Part shown: positions 54,460 through 64,000 of the stretch, one piece after another
How the letters are laid out: each line of letters starts with the position of its first letter
How positions within the stretch are numbered: the stretch's first letter is position 1
NCBI GenBank assembly: GCA_002245135.1
Contig: NGBS01000872.1
Location: 186,001-250,000, forward strand
DNA: 64,000 nucleotides
From: Proteromonas lacertae
Lineage: Eukaryota
Direction of reading: 5' to 3'
Program-made: the position numbers and the translations under genes
Notes under the pieces: model-generated
What the model was told of the DNA's origin: nothing
The model's database searches: none
The model's input: only the letters and a program-made list of their open reading frames with translations

Positions 54460-54631
54460 ATGAATTGATTTTTTCTGTAATACGTTTTATTATTTGTCCT
54501 TATTTGTTTCTTAAATTGCAGTTATAGTATAAATAATTGATGTATATTATTTGGATGATTATATTGAATGTAGCTAGTGAAAAACACTAATAAAAAAGAA
54601 AAAACTTGTTTTAAATCAAGCTTTTTTCAAA

Positions 54632-56623
54632 ATGAAATGTTGGGTTAATTGCATAGGGTTGCTTATTATAGTTTATTTATACTTCAGTTTTAAATCTTCA
54701 GAAGCTATAATAGAAAAACATGAGAAAATGTTAGTGCCAAAACCTTCAGTTCCTGTTATGAAATATAAGAATAGTCTACAACCAGTATCGTATAAAGGGA
54801 TCGTTGTAGATAGCGATCGTGTTAATGAAATTATAAAATCTAATGTAGATATGCTTATTAATGATGTATTATTTTGTATAATATATTATAGGGATTTCGT
54901 TTTGTAATATATTCACTACTGACCAAATGCACATGGTTGCCAGATTCAAGCCCTATATTTGATTCATATACTGCTGTAGTAACTCATTCAAAAATATCAA
55001 AACTAAAACAAGTCGATTATTCGTTCAAATTTGGTGAAGGCGAAGTGATAGTAAAATCAAAGCAAGAAGCATTAAGTTTAGATATGACTTTTATGTTAAA
55101 AGAAAAATCATATCTTCCAATTGTTATATATACCATAGTAGCAAATGGATGGCCATTTATAACTTATCATTTAGACGTATTCAAATCATTAGAACGTTAT
55201 TATCAATGGCATATCATTGAAGGTATAGCAATAGGAAGAGCAAATAGTAAAAATCCTTATTCAAAAGCAAATTTCAGTCAAGAATTCGTGTATAGAGGAT
55301 TATCGGTTGATGGAACAACCACTTATATTAACAAATTAAAAAAAGAAAATCCAGAAACTGTATTTGTACACCGTCCAGTATATGGTGATTATTGGAGAGA
55401 TAAGAAAGTAATGATTTATGTGACACATATTGTTGATTTCAATAGTGTAATAATAGAAATAGATGTAGATGAATTATGGTCAAAAGAACAGTTATTAAAA
55501 ATCCAAGAATTATTTTCAGAAGGTAGTAGAAGATGTATGTTTTTCCATTGTCATTATTTCATTACTCCTTCTTATGTAACTATTACTAGAAATAAGCCAA
55601 CTCATGCTAATTCGTATGAATGGTTAAGAGCTTGGAAATATGAAAAAGGAGATTTTTGGACTTCACATGCACCTCCTTATTTATGGCATTATAAACCAAC
55701 AAGTAGTAAATGGGTAAAAGATTTTGGATTTAAATGTTTTAGACATGGATTTACTGAAGCCAATGGATTAGTTTTTACTCATTATTCTTATACTGTTGAT
55801 TCTGCAATGAAATTTAAAGAAGAGTTTTATGGAAGACCTGGTTTATATGATAAATGGAAAGCTGTTGAAAATCATCCAGGTCCATTTCCTTTAGAAGTAA
55901 GTGAATATTTCAGTTGGTTGAAAAAAGGAACTTATGTTGATAAACCTGAAAATGATAATTTTGGTAAGAACGTTCCAATAATTCCATATCCTAAACCAGT
56001 TTGGGATAAAGGAATGGAGAAGAAATGGATATTAGAATATAATGACGATAGTAATCCAAATAAAAATAAACATGATTTACATGTAATAATTGATTTGTCA
56101 AGTTATTACAAATATCCAAAAGAAGAATTGGTTATTGATTTTATTCACAATATATTGAAGAATTTTCCTACTAATATTCAAATATCTATTCTATTTCAAT
56201 TAACATATGAACATACAATCATTTCACCTTTTGTAACAGTTTGGGATAAAAATGGAGATCAATATATATTGGTTGAACAGGATAATACATTACTAGGATA
56301 TATCAAAATCTTAACAATTGAACCAAAGGCTGATATAAACCATCGTTTGAATGTTATTAGATTGTATAATCCTAGTGTTGTATTTGTGACATCTACTCCT
56401 TATGAGTTCAAATTTAATCAAGTTGTTTTATCTTTAACAAGTGATAAGATAGAAATAAATGAGAAGAATGATAAATCGTATATATGTCTTATTTAAGTTA
56501 TTTTATTTTCCTAGAATTTGTATGATAGTTAGTTCAGATGAAGGTAAATTGACATCTACTTTACCTCAAGTTAGTTATGATGATTCTAGTATTTTCACAT
56601 CTTTTCAAACAAATTGCTTATAA
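54632..56623 (+). CDS. Type II membrane GT-A-fold glycosyltransferase-like protein
   Basis: N-terminal TM; YTIVANGWPFITYHL..WHIIEG..SVDGT..EIDVDELW (DxD)..FTHYSY. Confidence 0.6.
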
Positions 56624-56776
56624 GTATTTCTGTTGTCTGAGTATTTAATAAACATTTTTAACGTTATATTAATTATTAAATATTGTTTTGGTTGAATAAC
56701 AGAAATATAGCCGGTTCAAAATTCTTCGGTTTTCTGTATTCTTCATTCGTTATTATCCATTAATGAATTATTAGAG

Positions 56777-57974
56777 ATGAATGAGACTGAACAGATCGCA
56801 AAAATGGTATATACATGTGTCATTAATTAAATAGTACAACATTTGGAGGAAACCACGAATTAAAAGAAATATGACTTGTCCCATATTACCTATATCAGCT
56901 TTATCTCAGTTAATGGCCCAAATATGCTGTTGTATAATATTGGAATTATTATTACTCACTTGTAGTGAACAACCACGATATTTCTATATGGCAATATAAC
57001 TATCTTACAGTTTGGGCTAAAGCAGTATCTACAAATGCATTTCTTACTTCAAACGAATTTCAAAGAGTTATTGGAATGAATTATATCCCAATTGTACAGT
57101 CTTTCTTTTCTATATATGGTATAACAATATATAAAAATTCTAATGTAAATATTCAATAGACGATAAAGTGGATAGTTCCAATATTGTTACATTTATCTGT
57201 CTGTTTTGTTTTTTACCTTTAGAATATTCTATCAAAAGTATGAATAATTATAATATTGTAATAATAAATAGTTCTTTTCTCAATAACAGGAATACAAACA
57301 AATAGATCTTTAAGATCACCTCAGCTGCTGTTGTTTTTCAGAGAATTAAATTCAATGCCGTTAACTGATAAAGATATACTGGATGAATTCCCATCATTGT
57401 ATAATTATAAGAAAATTATTGTTAATCAATAGTTCTGAAGAAAGTGGTGTGTCATTATCCTCCATTATTACTTTATTTAAGAATAAAAATTACTTATTTA
57501 CCTCATTCACTACTCTACAAGAAACTCTTGTCTTATTATTTATAAATTATGAATCTTATTTAACTATATCGCAAAGAATAAAGTATTTCGACCATTTATA
57601 TGAAAATGGACTTGAAAATGTGAGTAATATAAGGAATAAAGCAGAGTCTTGCAGTAATAGATTATATCGAATGTTATTCACAAACCAATCCACACCCGTT
57701 ACTATCAGATTATAGAATGTTTGACACTGACTATCATCAGCTGGGTATTACCATAGTTCATAAGATGAGATGTCAATATGGTTTTGATCCAAGACCAACT
57801 AAAATACCCAAAGTATCGCTAAGAAGTCCAGCTTCTGAAATATATACCTCTAGTAATAGTACAGATAATAATCATACTTCAGGTATTTCAATTATTAGTT
57901 CTAAAAAGAATAAGTCAAGCGGAGCTGCTGAAGTTTTCCCTATAGAAGGCATATTTAGTGGAGAGTCATACTAA
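56777..57974 (+). CDS. Hypothetical protein, tandem paralog A (degenerate EF-hand-like)
   Basis: Multi-exon; NNHDISIWQYNYL..VTFICLFCF..MLFTNQ; +1 frame break at ~57696. Confidence 0.5.
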
Positions 57975-58087
57975 AGTGTGTGTAATGTTGTTTTAATTTA
58001 TAATGGTATGAATATGTAGATAATGTCTAATTTATTTATTGTGTTGTTTTTATTGCTTATTTGTTGTTGTGCTTATTAATATATTAA

Positions 58088-58195
58088 TATCATGATGAAC
58101 TAATTCTGTAGGATTCTGTAACGATGAAAGTGGTCAGCTTATAATGATGTAGTTCCAGTCGCAAAATGAAAATAACCAATAAAATAACTGATGAG
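58088..58195 (+). ncRNA. Candidate box C/D snoRNA
   Basis: C ATGATGA (58092), D'-like CTTA, C'-like ATGATGT, D CTGA (58188), short terminal inverted repeat. Confidence 0.4.
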
Positions 58196-58210
58196 TTTAA
58201 TTAATGGATT

Positions 58211-59470
58211 ATGAATACTGAAGAGTTTGAAATATCATATTTAGTATATATTATAACTAATAACAGCTTTAGAATAAACTTATAGAAAAGTCTAAGCCTA
58301 ATAGACAAGCTAATAAACCAATTGTTCCAATTAGAGAAGTTACAAAACAACTTGCAAAATTATTATTGTCGTATATTTTATGCTGCTATGTTTAGTTAAT
58401 AATTTCGAAATATCAACTTGGCAATATAGATATCTTTTAATGTGGAAGCAAAACAGTGAGCATTCATATATTACATCAGAAAAACTTATGGAAATATTAG
58501 ATTTAATCAATGTTCAGATTATACATCAGTTCTTTGCTATTAATAGTATATTTTGTTTATAATATTATTAGACAACAGAGTAACAGCAGAAAATATCGTT
58601 TTGTTTATATGTGTTTTTTGCTTTATGGATGTACATAATACAATTAAGAGTATTGTTAATCATTTATTTTAACTAATTAGTTTTACTCTCTGTATGCAAT
58701 ATTAATAGTAATAGAGTGATAAATCCAAATCTTTTACACAACTTCTTCTTGTCTTTTAACTCTACAAAAGAAGATAAACTAATTAATGATATTTCTCCAA
58801 GTCAGTATTAATATTTCTATTACATTTATATAGACCAGGAGATTATACTCTTCCCATAATAGTAGCAGTAGAAATAATTAAAACAAATGTCGTCTTTAAT
58901 AATGTTATTAATCAAATTAAAGATAATATAATTAAACGTTTTATTACTTATCCTGATTACTACGGTATAATACATAGGCAAGCATATTATGATCAAATAT
59001 CATCTGGTATAGCTGTATCTATACCTTTTGAACCTTGTACAAATAAATGTTACAGAATAGTTTTTACAAATAAACCTTCACCATATTGTACAGAATATAG
59101 ACAAGTATCTGAAGAACTAGATATTGAAAATCTAGCTGCACAAATAGCAGTAGAAATAAGACAGCTATTTGGGTATAGTAGTAGATTATCAAAAGTTAAA
59201 AAACCTTCTCTTAGTTCTAATAATACTAGCCACATGCGTAACTCTGCTATGTTAGATTTACAAAGTCCAATTCCATTAAATGAAAGCATGCAAAATGAAT
59301 CTCATAGAACTCTAAACAGTCTTTCACAAACAGAATCACATATGTCATTTAATCATTTCCTTTATTCATCAGCAAAATATGTTAATGTTAATCACAAAAT
59401 ATCAAGAACAGCTAATTTTATACCAACGATGAATTCTAAAAATAATCTTGCTAAAGTTTTACCTTTGTAA
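58211..59470 (+). CDS. Hypothetical protein, tandem paralog B
   Basis: NNFEISTWQYRYL..VLFICVFCF..IVFTNK; similar exon layout to paralog A. Confidence 0.5.
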
Positions 59471-59593
59471 ATCAGTATATAAGAATAATTGAGTAAATAT
59501 TAGATTTATTTTTTTAGTTAACATTTTGTTTATAGTTTAATAAAATCAACACAATTTATAAAACAGGTTATAAATATTATTATTCTAATTTAT

Positions 59594-61637
59594 TCACGAA
59601 TTACATATCTCAACTTCTTTTTTCAACATATTCATTCTTTTGAATAAATCACCATTCTTAATATTCTTATTTCCAGCTACATACAATCTTTTAAGTAAAG
59701 ATAACTGATTGTAGTTTCTTGTAAAATAATTCAATCCTTCTAAAGTCAAATTGTTATTTTTGAATATAATATCAGTAACAGTCTCTTTAATGTCAACATC
59801 ATTCATAATCATCTCCATTGTTTTATCTCCTACACTCATTCCTTCTAAATCTAACACTTTCCTCTCTTTATCATCATCAAATATGAATATGTATAAAATA
59901 TTCTTAAACATTTGCAATGCTTCATCCCCTATCTTATTATTCACTAATCCTAAGTATTTAAATTGATCTACATCATAATGTAATATTAATTCTGATAATG
60001 ATTTTCCACCTTCTTCACATATGTTATTACTTGTAAGATCCAAAGTGTCCAGATTGGATAAGTTTTCCCATTTAGAGGAAATATATTTAGCACCTACATC
60101 TGTAATATTATTCACTAATATATTATATAATTATATATATATATAATTATATATATATATATACATGATAAATCCAACACTTGTAATTTATTCAAATTAC
60201 TCATATTATTAACCAATAATTCAACTGCATTATCATCTATCTCATTCTCTACGAAAATAGAAATATATATATATATATACGTGGTAATGCTAATACTGTT
60301 AATGTCTTATATATAATATTATTAAAGAATCCTTTAACTCCATCATAACTCATATGAAAACAACTTAAATCTAGATGCTTTAATAAAGGTAAATATTTAG
60401 TATTGTTACTTAATATACTATAAAACATTGATATTTGTTTCTTTAAAAGTCTTCTATATTGAAATGATAAACTAAAAGATCGATCTATAGAGCCAATTAT
60501 AGCTAATGATATTTGATTATATTTATATTTATTATTACATCTCTCAATTATCTTTTTAACATACTCTTTTCTATCATTTGAACAATGATACCACAGTATA
60601 TTCACAATTATAAATATGTAATAAACCTCACCTATACAAATATAACTATTCGCTAATCCACCTAATATATATTTAATTGAATATATTTTTTCATCATTAC
60701 AAGCAATTATGGGTAAATCATTTTCATTGAATAGTTTATTATCTATTCTGAATACTGGATTGTGATATAATTTGAATGAATTATAAGAAAGACTGTTGTG
60801 TTGCTTATATAACTCCATTTTTAGTTCTTCAATAGCTAGCCTCCTATTAGCATCAAATTTAATGAGTTTTTTCAACAATAATTGATATTTAATTGGTAAA
60901 TCAGGGAAACGTAATACATCACATTCTCTATAATCCTTTGTTATTTGATTTAAATTCTTGAAAGTAAAAATGTATTTTTGAGTTAACAAGTAGTATATTA
61001 TACAACCGATATTCCACATATCAGTTTTACAACTAACTTCATAGTCAAATAACTGCTCAGGACTTAAAAAATGAATTATATCACCATATTGATTTTCATC
61101 ATTTGGTCTTATATCATTTAATCCTAAATCTGATAGAAATAAACTACCGTCTTGCTGTATAAATATGTTTGATGGTTTTATATTACCATGATATATAGAC
61201 AATAAGTGTAAATATTTCAAACATGAAATAATTGACTTCAATAGACGCTGAACACCTTCAAATTTAGTTTCTTTATATTCTTTGAAACGATATAATGTTG
61301 CTGGACAATAAGGCATGGAAAATAATAATCCAGTACAGTATTGATTTGTATATACGTCTGTTGGAAAAATATAAGGTATTTCTAGCTTGGATGTAAAATT
61401 ATATTGCTCTATATAACTCAATACCTTTTGACTATTGATATTGGTAATTACCTTATAAATATGGAAACTCTTCTTAAATGAAAAGGATACCTTATATATA
61501 CGTGAAGTATTTTTTGATGATAAAGTTTTTATACTTTTGGCATCTTTTAATAGTTGATTTACTGAATCGTCATTCATAAATTCCATAAAAATGGACCTAC
61601 ATCTGTGTAAAGCATTGTCATATTGGATGCCATTCAT
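59594..61637 (-). CDS. Protein kinase-like (probable pseudokinase) + ribonuclease-inhibitor-type LRR protein
   Basis: YHGNIKPSNIF, SDLGL, SPE, DMWNIGCI; LRRs LDLTSNNICEEGG, LGLVNNKIGDE. Confidence 0.75.
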
Positions 61638-61754
61638 ATTTTTATGTGAGAAAGCTTATATAAACAAAAAATATAACAATTAAAAAATAGGCGTTTCTAA
61701 TTATTTGAGTTTTTAATTCTATTTATATCTATAATTACATCAAAATATCTTATT

Positions 61755-62892
61755 TTAACCTAATATTCCAAATATTTGATCACCGTATTTATTAAAATGA
61801 GTTTTTAGTATTTGTTTATCCTCATCACTACCTCCAATGTAATTTATTGATCTTACTTGCATTGTGAACATATTTCTTGGCTCAATATTGAATGCTAACA
61901 TGAAAAATTGTAGTTCCATTTCTTGACTTGTTTGGAATATCCCTTCATCATCTGTACATATGCAAAATGGATATTTCATATCAATTAAATTCTGTATTGT
62001 TGGATGCGCACTTAATGTTGCTAATTGGAGTGTTTTCATGTTTGATGTTGGACAAATCTCAATAGGAATACGTAATTGTGCTAATTTCTCCCATTGTTTG
62101 TTATTTAATACTAAACAATGACCTAATCTATCTGGCTCATATTCTAAAATATCATTCGTGTCTTTTTCTCTATCAATTTCACCACAATGACAAGTAACAT
62201 ATAAATTACAATCTTTACAGAATGAAAATACATCCTGATAAAACTCAAAATCTTCACCATGTGGATCACCTGATAAATCAATTCCTATTACATATTGAGG
62301 ATATTTCTTGTGATAATCATTGCATAATCTCACTGTATGCATGGCTTCAGCTCTAATAAAAAACAAAAATAAAAGAAATTACAAATACATTGTGTTTTTT
62401 CTATTCACACTTAAAATCAGTTTTAATATGATATTGTTGGGTTTATATTCTTGAAATACTTTTAGAATTGTATCAATATATGACTCAAATGTCATTTTAT
62501 TCTTTTCATTTTCTTTTGGAGTTGTTCTTAACTCTAAATACTTCACATTATTATGAACAAAATCATCAATTGCTTCTCTTGTTATTCTTTCAACTATTTC
62601 ATTGCTATTTATAATCACGTTAATTATTCTAAATAAGTCAAAACAACTATTTCACAAAATAAAATGAACAAATACTTACTTTTTTAGACTTCTATCACCA
62701 TTCGCTATTTCTAATGCTTCTTTCGTGCTTTCTATATCATTTGATTTATTTATTAACTCTAAAAGAGTATTTTCTCTAATACAACCTGATAAATGAGCGT
62801 GTAATTCCTTAACATAATAATATTCCATGTCATACAATCTTTGGAACATTGTGAACATATCTATTAACTGATATTGCTCCTATTTCATCCAT
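61755..62892 (-). CDS. ADAL: Adenosine deaminase-like protein (N6-methyl-AMP deaminase type)
   Basis: PKI|ELHAHLSG, YLELRTTPK, GIDLSGDP, HCGE, RLGH, EICPTSN, ICTDD. Confidence 0.88.
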
Positions 62893-62986
62893 TTCATTAA
62901 AAACTAAAAAATAGGTGCAAAAATTATCCCAAAAATTTGACTGTTTTTTTCTTATTTATCTGATTTTCACCTGAAAGAAACAAAAT

Positions 62987-64000
62987 ATGGTATTTCCAAG
63001 GAGTGAAAGAAAGCCTTACTTATTTGGGGATCCTACTATTGCAAATCATTTATATGAAGGACAAGATCCTTTTCGATACAAAGATAAACGATTTATACCA
63101 ATATCTCATTTAGATCATTCAGCCATTACATCAGGTAGATACTATTATTTTTGTTATAATAATAGCCACATTCAATTTAGCACCAAACGGACCAGGAGAG
63201 TATGATCCAAATGTAGAAGTACTGAGTACAAAGCATACAATGTGTGTTCCAAAACTAGTTGAACCATTTAGTTATCCTGATGTTACTTCTTTAAATCAGT
63301 ATGAATATTAACACTTATATAATATTTTAAACAATGAAATAGAACACCAGGACCTTGTACTTATGAACCAAAAAGATTAGATCTAAAATCAAGTGTATCC
63401 TACACACTAAAGAGAGATAATCACAGAGAAATACTTGCACCTTCTTCAACACCAGAAGGAATTGCTCCAACCACATATTCGCCCAGAAAACCCAATGCAA
63501 AGCATGTGCCAGGATACCAGTTCTTTCACAAATCACCAAGGTTCAATCACGTAAGTATGGCAAGTACAGAAGCAAATATTGGTCCAGGATCTTATGAAGT
63601 AATGGATACTTTAGCAAAAAGACCATTAACCATACCAAGAGCTTGTAAAGATAAAGATTTAATATATTATAATGTACCAAGACCATTTTCACAGATTAGT
63701 AGAAAGAATTTTGCTGAAGAAAATTATAATGTTAAAACAATACAACAACTTGCAGAAGAAAAGAAAGAAAAGCAAATTGAACATTTGGAAAAGAGGAAAT
63801 TAGCATTGAAAAGAAATCTTCAGAATTATCAAAATAGACAACAAGAGTTATTAGATATGCATGATAAAAGAGCTAAACAAGCCAGGCTTGAGAATATAAG
63901 GAAGAAATGCATATTTTGGTTTAGATATATGACATTAGTAAAGAGTTATAATTGTACGAATGAAATATTAATAAATAATTTCAAAGTAATGACAATGCAG
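62987..64000 (+). CDS. SHIPPO/ODF3-like PGP-repeat protein; runs off the window end
   Basis: Spliced repeats GPGEYDP, TPGPCTYEP, VPGY, IGPGSYEV, followed by a coiled coil. Confidence 0.55.

Noticed and set aside
60115..60170. Palindromic TA-rich tract
   Set aside because: (TA)n microsatellite inside an ordinary intron, common throughout the window
1..64000. Prokaryotic systems (CRISPR, operons, IS, prophage)
   Set aside because: The sequence is eukaryotic with spliceosomal introns; no repeat-spacer array or transposase was seen

Overview
AT-rich, gene-dense eukaryotic DNA. Most genes carry many short (about 25-45 nt) GT-AG introns, so the ORF track splits them into fragments. Tiny introns, tubular-mastigoneme-type EGF genes and a giant He_PIG/Ig surface protein point to an opalinate stramenopile (Blastocystis/Proteromonas-like); this is inference. 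About 23 protein genes can be reconstructed: USP36-like DUB, two mastigoneme-like proteins, DENND6, a bromodomain/multi-PHD/GNAT chromatin protein, CAND1, a ~2700-aa surface protein, ABCB transporter, XRN1, sialate O-acetylesterase, capping guanylyltransferase, REI1/ZNF622, YIPF6, CEP164-like, TOP3B, ARL2BP, cysteine synthase, a glycosyltransferase, a tandem paralog pair, a pseudokinase-LRR, ADAL and a SHIPPO-repeat protein. Highlights missed by the ORF track: (1) an apparently non-coding spliced host gene (41100-41700, minus) carrying three box C/D snoRNA candidates with rRNA-complementary guides; (2) two AT-AC U12-type introns in CAND1; (3) a ~67-aa protein with KEN box, D-box and probable LR tail; (4) several flagellum/centriole-associated genes, one with three frameshifts. 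All calls come from manual reading and translation; no database searches were run.
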